This document shows positions 38,901-51,600 of a stretch of 64,000 nucleotides of DNA, one piece after another (the stretch's first letter is position 1; the number at the start of each line of letters is the position of its first letter). The DNA is from Balanoglossus misakiensis (Eukaryota > Animalia > Hemichordata): NCBI GenBank assembly GCA_040954595.2, contig CM082594.2:7026840-7090839 (forward strand). Reading direction: 5' to 3'. The translations under genes and the position numbers were made by a program. The notes under the pieces were generated by a model. It was not told the origin of the DNA, ran no database searches, and was given only the letters and a program-made list of their open reading frames with translations.

Positions 38901-41900
38901 AAGCAATCTGACCAGTAGTTGTTGACTTACAGAGTTTTGATCAATTTCACATTTTTCCAGCTAATTTGCATATTTTTGGGCCTGGCAACTTCGTTTGGAC
39001 AAACTCCCATCTACAGCCCTGCCTGCACCTACACACCAAATATTGAGGTGATACGCGCAGCGGTTTTCAAGTTTTTGATGTGGACGGACATACAGACATA
39101 CATCCATACATCCATCCATCCATCCATCCATCCATCCATCCATACATACATACAGACGCAACCCATCCCATAAGGTCCCATGGTATATAGGCCTATACCA
39201 ATGGGACCTAAAAATCTGGCGTGATTCATATCCTTGCCAATTGGGTTTTCAGTAGTTGTCGAAGAAATTGATAGGGCCTGCCTTGTTCCGGATGTAATCC
39301 CAGAGTCATAAAATTCAGCAAAGTAGCCTGCATTTGACAGCTTAATTAAAAGGGTTATGATGGTGTAAAACTTGTGTTCTTGAATCGAATATTCCACGTT
39401 TCTGCATTACGAAACAAAAGTAAATGTGAATAGTTGTATAGAGGGCAGAGAGAATGTATAACATTTATCACCAAATATTCTCACTTTTTTTCATTCAGGG
39501 CCTGTGTGCGCAAACTTTCTACGGCCATGTGCATTCAGTGAACCACGGCACCTTTAATCTCCGCGGTGACACTGTTGCATCTTGCGATTCCTACGGCAAC
39601 ATCAAGCTGTGGGACGTCCGATCTGTGGCGTGCATGGCGAGCGTGGACGTCGGGCCTCATCCGGCCAACCGCGTCGCCTTTGACCCCGCCGGCTCCGTCT
39701 TGGGAATCGCCAGTAATGACGGCAGTATCAAGATGTATGAAGTTGCCTCTGGGCAGGTAGGTTGACAGTTCCCTCTGTGTTTAATTTACCTGCAATTAAC
39801 AATAGAGCAGTCCACTGACATTCCTAATTGGGACTATGTACTATAAGGTTGGAATGACCTGATTTGTAAACTGAAATTTGAAATAAATACGTGACAATTT
39901 TCTCTTCAGCATATAATTGGTACCTTAACTGCCCTAATAATAATTCCTGGTTCTCACATTTAATGGACGTGTCAATTGCTCGTTAACAGTTCATCAATCT
40001 CTTTTTCTCCTTTAAAATTTCTGTCTAGAAATTTCCTGTAGGTAAAACTGATAATTAAGATAAATACATAGATTATAATCATCAGATTTGTCTGGCCGTG
40101 CGGGATCGAAATTTACAGTGCAACCATTCATGCACAAACAGGAAGAGATGGTGATTTTTGAAGAGTCATAACTTGCATATTTTACACAAATAGAGCGCAG
40201 TGTGAAGTGCCTCTTTTCTCTACTTTGTGTAGATTGGAGTGGTTTCATGATGTGCTGTATTTAATGGAGGTTATGAGAAGCTATAGTTTATGTGGCTGCG
40301 ACACTGTGTTGTATTAGCAATTCAGTCGCGTAGATCCTACAACCAGCATTTTATGCTATTTCTGACCTGTGTGTATAAAGACAACCATACCTGCTCGACT
40401 TCTGTAAATATAGATTCACAAAGATTATTTTTATACATTTCTGATAAAATCCCATATGGATATATTATATCCCTCGGTGCTAAAACAAAATGCATTTACT
40501 CAAGCAGGTGTACATGTGACCTTTTGTTTCTGAAGGTCGGTCTTGATCAAAAATGCAGCGAACTCCCGTCGGCGAGGAATCTGTTGCCCACCTTGTGAAT
40601 AAATTGAAATGCACAACCTTTAGAAATGCCCTAGGCCATCGTACTTGTAATACATTAAAAAGACAAAACATGATGATGTCGTCCTTAAGTGTGTTGTGTA
40701 TACAAGTTGGAGCTTATGGATCTTGCATGTAAATAAATGAAAACAGATTTGTCTGTTCAATTTTCTGTTAGTGGCCATTTTGTAAAAAGGTCTGTCAACA
40801 GAAAAAGGGTACATACATTTTATGATAACTGCCTCTATATACCTAACATGGAGTTTTAAAGCTACGTCAGGTTTTGAATTGAATTTGGACCATCAGCTGG
40901 GAAAAAAATCCAAAAAACAACAAATTCCTAAATTTGCCGGCCATGAGAATTTTGTTGCAATAAAACTAAGAGCTTGTAGTTGAGGGTTTTCTACATACAT
41001 GTACCTGCCTGTGGTGGCACTGAGTCTATAATGCAAATTTGAAAAAACCAAGGTGCATAACATGCCCGGCAGGGAGAACGTGACTGATGCAGTCGTCAAG
41101 GAAACACATTTAAGGTACACACAATAGACCATAGAATTTTTGAAATCCCAAACCGTAGCAACAACTTGAACAAGAGGCACAATCACACAGACTTCATCAT
41201 TGTCGATTTGTTGACTTGTGAGCATTTTGACTTATTCATGTAAACTGCTCCCTGTTGATTGTCCGATTAAAAATTGAGTGTTGCTGAAACACGTGATAAA
41301 TTTATTTCCTGAAAACAGTAAAACCTAGCTGTCTAACAGCACACTAGTGGGACAACATTGTTTACTACGTACAGAATGCTTACGATGATGGACATGTTGC
41401 AATGTGTTTATTGAATTACGTCGAAATGTGCATGACCACCACATATATTGAAACAAACCCCCAATCAAAACAACACACGCGACCAAATATTCCAAAATCC
41501 TCTCATGCTAACTAGATTCCACAAATCACTCGTGCAGTGAAATAATGCAGACCGGCATTGCCAGTATCAGTTCACTGGCCTCATCTCAATCACTTAACCT
41601 TTCCTCCTGCACTGTCATCTCAAAATGCCAATGATACCACCAGTTGGTCCCTGGCTGTCAATCGCATGCACCCACCATCGTCGAGAGTTTGATTTATGCT
41701 GGTACAGTCTGTAACGAACGCTACATGGTTAACTGTGCCACAAACGATAAATTTCCCAGCAAGTGACAATGAACGTACTAGCTGGTACATATAAATAACG
41801 AACTGCATAATGAGTAACACATTTATGGCTGAAATAAATTTGCTCTGATTAATATTACGGAAAAGGACATTATTTTGGTCCCAAAATAATGTATATACTA

Positions 41901-44570
41901 TGTAGATGGCGTTATTTATTTGTTTACAGGACAGACTGCTCCTTGTGGCCGACCTAGGCTTCAACATATGTTGCTATAAGATGTGCATATATATATAACA
42001 CAGTGATATTTTGGTGTCTGGATAATCAGACCCGGCTGTTTGACACTATTGTTTGTAAGGCCACCAGGATTGCTGCTTTAAAAACAAACACAGATGTTCA
42101 GGGCGTACTAATCTATCGCCCCTTGTACTTCTTAGAAAACTGTTTGTAAAAACAACCGGTGCGATCATAGCCACAAGCCACAACGTACTCCAGTAGAGTG
42201 ACCTTGTCGTACTAGCACAAGCCAGCAGTACCACAGCTTAATGGGGAAAATGAAACAGAGGAAATTGTAATAGTTCTGTAATTGGACCCTATTTTGATAC
42301 ATGTACATAAACATTGGGACAACCATCTCCTGGTAATGTTATACATGTGCAGTTTTGAATATATCCAGCACATTAAAGTCCACACATCTATTTACATATC
42401 TGCCATAGACAGACTGCCGAATGTCAAATCCCTGTCACTCATTTACTTGCAGTATAGGTTTATCCACTGTGATGAAAATATCAAGACTGAACCTCACTAC
42501 AATGTACATGTACATGTAGCTTTAATGGACAGCCATGAAGGTGTCTGCTCGGGAAGCCAGTTCTTTCCGAGCCCGCAAGGGTAAAATCGGCACTATGTAA
42601 ATTAACCAGAACAGTGCATTAGATCTGATTATTATTAAATGCAAATGTAACAGTTTACTCAAACTACAGCCCGAGGACAAACACCGTATTTACACACAGC
42701 TAAATGTCATCCAAGAAATAATTCTGGCTTAATTGCAGTTGAAGAATTCGATCCACATTTGATATAAATTCATTTATCTTGGACATTAATCCCCATGGCA
42801 ACTAATAAGACATTCGACGGTGGAGTAAAGTATTAATTGGTTTTCATAAATCAATATAAAATCATTTGTACAAAATAAATGAAGCACTTATGTGATGATT
42901 TTTTATCAGACTTTAGCCGAGGTACACATTGCTATAAATAGAAAACTTATCCTGGGATAATGGTTCTTTCTTCGAGTATTGGAGTGTAACATTTTTCCTG
43001 ACATTTAAGTTTGAAGATCTTCTTTCGTGCAGATACGAACAGAGATATGTGTAGGTCAGGGCAATCAGGCAAAACATTCGAATGAAATAAACAGAAAGTA
43101 ATATACGATACAAATCCTTCATATCACTATCAGGCATATTACTGTATAAGTATCGTATTAATTGTTAATAGGAATAGAATATGAGTTGACAACAAAAGAA
43201 GGAAGCTGTGGATTATGTGATATTGGAGATAAGACGAGTTGATTCTGTCTCTGTTTAGCCAGGGACTCCAAAGTGACCTTCATGCAAACATCCTTGTAAT
43301 TTTCTCTGTCAAAGTCCTTTCAATAGGCAATGATGTCTTCTGTGGAGAGCTTTGAAAGGAAGTACATGTATTGTAGGTAGCTACGGCTAGTGTCAGCCTA
43401 GCCGAGAGTGTATTTGAATGTGTAACTATTAGCTAAATATGATGGTGGTGTTATGCCTGAAATGTTCTTGATACAACTCTCCCCGCTTTCCAATATACAA
43501 GTCCAGTTTTACCATAGAGAACATTGGGAAACGAAATAAGTCACGGTGATTGATGGGTAGAGTGGTCATGAGCCCAACATGCATAATCATGAATTAATTC
43601 ATGACAGCAATGCTTTGGTCGCATTTCCCAGGCATGTTTCAGTCTCTGATTCTCATATTAGTCTCATACGAAACCAGTAATATTGGTATTCATTGTACTG
43701 GTGAGATTCTCTGTCGTTATTTGATTAAAACAAAACAGACAAATACAGAATGCAAATAGTACGATGAAGTGTCGGTTGTTATGTGCAAACCCAAAGAAAG
43801 ATTTGGAAATGGCTGTGAATAGTAAAATGTCAGAATGGATTAAAGGACATTAATACAGCTTTCCAGTTCCGCCCAATCATAACCGGTAGTTATACCTCTG
43901 TTGATTGCCCATGAGATGTGAAATATAAGAAGTTAATTCCCTCTGCCCGGCCAAATGTGTGGTTTCATTTGACGAAAAACGGATCTTGAATAGTATTTTA
44001 TGTAACATGATCCGCGGTGTTAAAATTCTGTTGAAATATTCAAACATACATGTACCTCTGAGAGTGTTTGTACCGGTCTACTCATGCAGCTATGAATTAT
44101 GAATCTGCCATTTTCGAAAAAAGTTAATAATCCAAATGTGTGCGGAAGGATTTTTGTGCTCAGGATTGAGTCTTTATAGGAGGTGACTCTGATCAATATC
44201 AACAGCGCTACCATAAAACATGTAAAAGCTTTCGCTTGGGAATTATCCTTGTATCTATGATGGTTTTAGGTTTTCAAGCGTGGTTGCATATGTTCCCACC
44301 TATAAAACACCCTTGCGTATATAAACTGCTTCTACATGTGTGTACAGTAGAGCAAATGCATGTCATGTTACCTATAGTGAAATGCTGGTTGTATGTGCTT
44401 ACATGGCTGTACGTATACATATCTGACAATTTCTTTTCTCGTCTGCTTTTAATTCACAGATAACCAGCCTGGTCGGTCACGAAGATGCTGTACAGACCCT
44501 GATGTTCGATAAGACTGGTGAATTCCTAGTAACTGGTGGCTCTGATAGCACAGTCAGAATTTGGTCATAG
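32904..44570 (+). CDS. SPAG16: Sperm-associated antigen 16 (PF20), axonemal central-pair LisH-like/coiled-coil/WD40 protein, 608 aa
   Basis: Exons 32904-32946, 33187-33261, 33507-33571, 33706-33830, 34136-34381, 34722-34839, 34969-35163, 35350-35483, 35788-35931, 36539-36639, 36738-36822, 37054-37180, 39499-39756, 44460-44570 total 1827 nt and are phase-consistent. Motifs: YFLEQVSIVDDSEDEFQYEEVP, PEVVDDFVRNFLVKMGMNKTLDCFQTEWYEL, KLRKERDFHRMHHKRVVQEKNKL, KEKMLSKLERD, then successive WD40 repeats ending DSTVRIWS*. Confidence 0.96.
32947..33186 (+). other. U12-type GT-AG intron 1 of SPAG16
   Basis: 5' splice site GTATCCTTT at 32947. Branch-point-like GACTTAAC at 33167-33174 lies close to the AG at 33185-33186. 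Splicing gives C|AG = Gln in the conserved YFLEQV motif. Confidence 0.9.
33856..33947. mobile_element. piggyBac-type MITE (TTAA target site, CCCTTTCACC TIR)
   Basis: TTAA|CCCTTTCACC...GGTGAAAGGG|TTAA in SPAG16 intron 4. A related full copy is at 63411-63503. Confidence 0.8.
37705..39214 (+). mobile_element. Non-autonomous Helentron/HINE-like (pearl-like) element with internal tandem array
   Basis: GGTCCCATT at 37705-37713 is inverted with AATGGGACC at 39200-39208. About 3.8 copies of a ~239 bp core repeat span 37753-38660. A (CATC/CATA/CAGA)n microsatellite at 39084-39156 is followed by the terminal palindrome GGTCCCATGGTATATAGGCCTATACCAATGGGACC and TAAAAA. The 5' boundary is approximate. 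Confidence 0.7.
37753..38660. repeat. Tandem repeat, ~239 bp unit x ~3.8
   Basis: TGCTCT.GATGC.AAGATAT...AAAGTAGGTCAAAGGTCACCTGAGGTCA recurs near 37753, 37992, 38231 and 38469. Confidence 0.95.
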
Positions 44571-44766
44571 AAGATGTCGAGGGGAATATTCGAACGCTAG
44601 AAGTACCATCTTTCATTTCAATGGTACTGCAAGTTTTTTTAGTAAACCACTCTGTTACTCGAAGGTTTAGCAGCAGTTGCTTAATAAGTAAAACAGTATA
44701 GGAATCTAATTGGATGAATAGTTATCGTGGAATTGCGCGATATTCATAAATGACATTTTAACTTAT

Positions 44767-44772
44767 AATAAA
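44767..44772 (+). terminator. Candidate SPAG16 polyadenylation signal (AATAAA); alternative at 45092-45097
   Basis: An AATAAA about 200 nt after the stop codon, with T-rich sequence downstream. Confidence 0.55.
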
Positions 44773-46590
44773 TTAAAGCATACAAAAACTGTATACACAC
44801 TTGTAGTTTTCATGCATAAATTACTTCTTAATCTTATGAGAAGGAAGCAAATGTTAATGTAGTGTTCATTACTTCTGTTCTATGTAAAGATGAGTGTACA
44901 TATATTTTATATCAACACAGCTGTAATGAAAAGGGGAATATTTGTCTACATTCATTCATGCATGCATTCATGCCTTCAGTGTCAAAATATATTTGGGGGA
45001 CAGAGTCATAATCTCATCCTTGTAAATGTTGGACATTTTTGAGTTGCTTTCTGTTTTGTTATTTTGACTGTATTTTACTGAAAATTTGTGAAATAAAAAC
45101 GTAATATTTAACATTTTTTGGTCTCCGGATTTATAATTTTTGACTTTTTTGACGAATGTAGGTCACAGTGTTTTTTGAAACTAATAATAGCAAGTTATTT
45201 AAGCCAATAAACAAATATCCATTGGTTTTAGGGATTATAAACCAAGCATTGACACAAATATAACTCATAACACCATATCTATATATATACAAGTATGTAG
45301 TTTTTTTTTTTGTGTGGGAAAACAGTGACAGTGGTGACAACGCAACAACATCGACAATACCTATGGCATAACACAACACTGGTTATTCCCTGTGATAAAG
45401 GGATGTTTTCAAGTACATGTATACACAGTGAGGATATAATCTTTGCGACTGAACTCAAATATTTTACATGCCTCATCAGGGGTAATTTAGAGATAATTAA
45501 TACAGCAGATGCATTAAAAGATGGTATTGTTTATGCACCGCAATTAATCTTTCTTCTTAAAGAGAAGATACGAGCAGGTTTGCCATTAAAGACAGCGAAA
45601 AAATACCATGAGTCGTAAATCTTCTGTTAATGGTTCCAGAAGTTTCAGATGTGGTGTATTTTATCTTTAAATGTACTCTGATTTCTGATCAACATCATCT
45701 TGAATAGAGAATGGAGGTGATGCTGTACGTCGCATGTATGTCGAGGCAGACATGCAACATGCTGATTTATCAGCGTGAAACATAACCAGTCCCAAAGGCC
45801 GGCGATAACAATGTATCTTCCGTGGACCAGCATCGAAGCATGATGCAAAGTTGAGGAGCCCCGCGCAGGAGCAAAAATGTTCTGTTTACAAAAGTGCATG
45901 CAGCTGTCCATGAAGAGACACCACTAGCCTGACTTAAGCCTACATCGAAAAATTGTCTATACAGAAATAGATGTACCTGACTGTATATTCCATCCGATTA
46001 TCATTGACTGTGGAATCCAATTACCCTTTTAAGTGTAACCGCCAAATAAGGCCATCGTTAAAATGGAATCATTATCCTCTTTAAGTGCTACATTAGCCAG
46101 ATGCGATGCATATCAATAATGTAAAGTTATGTTCATTTCAAAGCAAATGCAGATGGATTAGGTAAAGATTGGGGGATGTTTGTAATATAATGGTGGAACA
46201 ACGCTGCCCTGATAATGGTTAATTGACAACTAATGCCAATACAGGACTGAATGATATGGTATCTGAGTGCCTTTATAATGTAATAGACTGATTGTCTATT
46301 GACGTCCGAGATGAAAGAAAAGGTCAAAATGTGACAGACAGCCTACTTTCGAAGTCCATTTTAATAAAAACAAAATTGCCAATATAGCTAGCGCATCTGA
46401 TTCAGTTTGTGTTTATGCAATTAAGGTGCTTTTTTTCATCTGAAACCATCTGCCGGCTTAAGTAAATCTAGAGTTGAAAACTTTCCAACCGTACAAATGA
46501 TCACTTAGTTGGCACGCCAGGCAAGTACTATGATGCAGCCAATGCAGACTTATCAATAATAGCCATGACTGATGCATTAGAATCATCAGT

Positions 46591-46605
46591 ACACACACGC
46601 ACGCA

Positions 46606-46640
<35 letters not shown>

Positions 46641-46709
46641 CGGTACATACATACATACAATACATACATACATGTAATGTACATACATACATACACACAA
46701 ACACACACA
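46591..46709. repeat. (CA)n/(CATA)n microsatellite
   Basis: Read directly. Confidence 0.9.
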
Positions 46710-48561
46710 GCTGCCCATAGTCAATCATGTAGATATCCACATTGCCTAAATCACATGACTGCTCATGATGTTTATGAAATTATAATGTATGATTGACAGA
46801 ATCAAACGCGTTTGAAGTCTTCGAGTAATCAAATAAAAACAACAAGGCCACCTTGACAACAATTGAAGCGAGTGCACAAAATCAAATTTGTGCCACTTGA
46901 ATGAACTCAGTAACACGTGAGTGTTGGCTTCTGTTCATGCTTGATTTAACATTATTATAAATGGCGCGGTTGATGACTTTCTTTCCACGTTAATTCCTAG
47001 CATCATTTCTGCAGTCACCAAATTGTGAAATGGAGATTACATAAACACCCCTACAGTGCACAGGTGAATTGAACGTTCAGTCATTCACGTGACCACGACG
47101 GGAGAATTGGAAATAGACTAATTCATACCTTTTCCCCCACATACATTAACCTGCTTACAAGCTTCCTCGTGAGCACTTTGTCAATGTAATATATTTCCAC
47201 TCAAGCAATATTTCTCACAATGGATATCGATTAGAAGTGGCGTATAGTAGACACACTACAATTCATATTCTGATGCAGGTTTATGTCCTACTTTTGTAAT
47301 CGTGACTTGAATATTAACAAGGTAAATTCTGGACGAAAAAATAGATTTTTAACCAAATGAAAATTTTGAAGATTACATAACAATCCTTCATTAAGCTCAC
47401 TAGTATAATACCGACTGGAACTTTGATAAAAAAAATCGTCGAGTATTACTTTTTTAAATAAATACGACTTCGACTGATTATTCCATACAACAGCCTGAGG
47501 AAGATGTCTTCAATATTTTGAACCAAAAAAGTGCATTGTAATTGATGGTTGACTTTTTCGAAATGATCGATCAACCTATAAGCGTAAGGATCGCCGTGAC
47601 GTCATCGTCTTCCTGATCCATCTAACAAGACAGCAATGGAAGCAAAGAGCAGACGATAAAGGATTGGAACAATCCAGGATAATGAAGTGGATTTCTATGC
47701 GTGCACGACCGGCTTAAGGTTTAGCGATTTCTGCATGGAAGCAACATGGCAGATGCAATTATCGCAGGATGTGAAGACAGACAGAATGGAAATCATGAAG
47801 GCTTGCCAATCTATCACTCAGACATCCCTTATGTGTAATTACTTTATATACCACGTCACGGTCACGTGACCACGTCAATCGTCATCGGTGTTCTTGCAAC
47901 ACAAATTAATCGATTTGTGATATATATCTTTTTCTGTTGTTCGGCAGAAAAACAGAGTAGGCCTAATAAACCGCAGAGGAGTGTGCGTGGCACTTGACGT
48001 CACCTCCAATGCTGTATGCAGACCCCAAAAAATCACAACTCACTCGGATTTTGCCATCTGCTTTACCTGAGGTTGACGACTTTCAAAGTTTGTAATATTG
48101 TTGTATCCGTGAAAAGATAAGATAAAGTCAGTTTGAGAGCGATGTGTCGGCCTTGCTCTCGTTCTCAATGCAACTGAAAAAAATTGTCGTCACCTGTCGG
48201 ACGCAGTACATTCCCTCGTTTAATAGTAGATGGCCAGACTATAGACTCGCACTTACAATGCATAAACTAGACAATTGCAGATTACTGAAATCGATCAACG
48301 GATTGAAATGACTGATTCCATTTGATACTGAGGTATGATTGAAAATTCCAAGTACATTATCACCACACCGCACAGCGCAGCAGCAGACCTCTCATCATGC
48401 AAATATGAATACTGCATGCAGTTATTCAGAACATTCGTCCGAATTTGTTCCTTCTTTTCTCCGAATCAATTTATTTTCATGTCACTGCATTACCGGTTAA
48501 TGTCACCTCATAGCCGCAATTATACAAAACTGCCGCTAAATGATCCTATCAGACGCCGCTC

Positions 48562-48664
48562 AGAGAGAGAGAGAGAGCCTCCCTCTCTCTCCCTCCCTCC
48601 CCTCTCTCTCTCTCCCCCTCCCTCTCTCTCTGTCTCTCTTTCTCTGGCTCTCTCTCTCTCTCTC
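48562..48664. repeat. (GA)n followed by a long CT-rich polypyrimidine tract
   Basis: Read directly. It explains the spurious RE/SL-rich ORFs in the track. Confidence 0.9.
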
Positions 48665-51600
48665 AAAAAAAAATTCCGTCTTAAGACGGATGGCATACTC
48701 TTTGGAAGAGCAGTGTCCTCTCCAGCGGGTCCTCTCTCTAACCATGCAAGCTCATGAATCATGGTTTTAGTCTTATCCATCAAATAGGATGGAGAGAACA
48801 TGTCAAGGTACGGCACTGCCATTACAGCCATTATCTTCAATCACCTGACTCTATTTTGCGAAACGTGGCACAATGAGCTCCTCCTGGTAGCCTTAAGCTA
48901 TAATTGTCTAGATTTTTCTTTGGTGAACCCTAAGCTAAAAGCTCACAATAAACCCCACAACTTGAAAGCGCGCACACTCCCACGGAGTGACCATGACACA
49001 CCCAATCAGTTATCAATTCTGAGTCACAAAGCATAATATTCAAAAGCGAACTCGCAGCGTTATGACTTTGGAAATTTCCTATGTGGTTATCATAAATGTC
49101 AATTTCACGCAGTTAGGATACTGCGCATGTTGAACTGAAGGTTCTTCCATCGCTTTCTCTCTTTGTTAAACTGGGGTGCCGGACGAAAATATTAAAGTAT
49201 TTATATAAGTACAATGTAAGAATTAAGAGCGATGTCACATTCTGCTCAAAACGCTGCAAGCTGATTCGATCAACACACTGATTGATGGAGGCCGTATTTC
49301 AGCTGCCGTAGTTACACAAAAATTAAATGAAACCTATTATGGTCGAGGAATACACGCGATACGGTCACATAAAAAAATAACTTTAAAACACATGTATTCA
49401 AATTCGTGCGGCTGGTCGCTATAGTCGGGTACTTGCATGCACAAGTTTGTGTGTAATTAATAATTTTCTTTTAAGAGTTAAACAAACCATTTGACTTTGT
49501 TCGTGTATGCATAACTGTTTCCTTTAACACCTAAACAAACTATTCAACATCACGCGAAAAATTAAACTTAAACTCTCAGGAAAATAACTGTCCTGAATTT
49601 ATCCATCGCCATTTAATATCGTAACAGACGATTGCGCAAAACTGACAGGTGTATCTGAACAAGAAATGCATTTTGAGATTGTCTTCACATCTGCCAATTT
49701 TCATCTTTGCCCCTTCCTTCCACTTCTAGGCGTAGTTGAAAACACTTGTGGTTAAATTAGCCTGCTTCAATTGGCAACTACTCGCGATCGTCAACACTTT
49801 CAGAATGTGAGAGAGGATATCCAAGAAGGGAGTTGTTGGTTTGGCCTAGTTCTAGTTACGTATCTGTGCCTACAACTTGCTTTCAACAACGGAGCCTGCT
49901 GAAGTCCGAATGCGTCTGGCCGAAACCGAAATGGGGGCGGGGGAGTGTTTTGCAATTCACAAATTTCCCGTATTGATACTTAGCCTTGGCGTAATTTTCA
50001 TGGAAATGTTTTTATTGCATGAACAGTATTCATACGAGGCCCTTATTTTATTGCACAGTAGTGTACAAGTGTAGAACTTCACCGTTTTGTAATATACAGA
50101 GACCAACTTCACTGCAACGTTATTGGCAGCGCTGGTAACGTACGTGTCTGTTTCAGCACGGTCGTAACCAGGCAACCATTTTCAGTAGGTGACCTCTGTC
50201 TATTATGCTAATAACTTGCGCATCTTTACTCCGATTACCCTGACACAGGCGTTTGTTGGTTCTGTTATATTTGTCGTCGCGTTCTGATGTGTTACGCTAT
50301 AGGTTCTAACCCGGAAGAGATTTTATTTCTGACTAAAATATAACATTGTATGTGGTCGGAAGGGCAATTATGTCTGATGAAAACGTACCCGCGGTTTCTG
50401 CGCATGCCTAGTACGCTGTATAAAAAATACTAATGAGAAGCCGAATGTGAACTGATCATAGTCGATGTAGTTTACTGTACATCCAACAGCGGATTCACAG
50501 AATTGCTGTAAATGGTTTCATTCAACGGGCTGCAGTACTCCGACGGGTTTCGAATCAGCCTTGCGCACTGTCTGGCGATTTAGCGACATCATCGGACGCC
50601 GTCACTATACACGAGGACGACGGCGGCGCTGGTCCAGGGACACAGCAACGCTACGACTCGCGACGCTGTAACACACCGTGCCGTCCCTATTTAGTCCACG
50701 CACCGCTGACCTTGTTGGCAGGCTGGCGAGCACTGCGGAATTGAAAAAAGCAAGTACCGTGTTTGGCACGTCGGGGTAAAACCAGTCTTCGACAGCAAGA
50801 AAAAATCCAGTCGAGTAACCGCACAAATACTAGCGAACAAGGTAATAACGATTATTATTATTATATAATTTTTTAAAGCTTCACGTTTTGCGATTGTCAG
50901 ATCCTCGGCAGCAGACAGCACTGTATGCGACCGCTGTTCAATTCAGCGCTGGATGTACATTGTATGCCCTTAATGTTATCAAGCACAAACGAAGATAGTT
51001 CTCTGACCGTTGTCTTGTCATATCACGACGACAATTGACCCCAGTACAATCGGAATGTACTGACAATGTCAGGGCCCTGTCCATTGACTGCGTCCGCGAA
51101 CTGTGCGCCTTTGGTGGATTTGATATTAACCGTAGGAAAACATTCATGACGCATATATGTATTGTTATATCCTCGCTATGTTTGCGTACGATGTTATCAT
51201 TCCAACGAACTCAGTGGATCTACCAACCATACACAGCGAGAGATTAAATAATGTATTCTCCAAATAACGTAAAACCACACTGTTTTTATACTGTTAACCG
51301 TGCAAAAATCACTTAATTACTTGAGATGTATACACTTAATTTGTAAACACATTTTAACAATGGCATATCACATTTCTGGAGAACATACGGCAAAATTCAC
51401 TCATGTATAACATCGCTTTCTATTCGTGATGAGCATGGTGTATGGTAGACAATTATTTACAAATGACTTGTTGACTTGGGCACGTAAATTTAAGTCAACA
51501 TTCAGTCTAAGGTACATGGCAAGCGCGTCATCTAGGATATCTCTATGTACTAAACGTGAAAGCTGACATGCGCAAATTAGGGGTCGTGTATAACCAAAAC

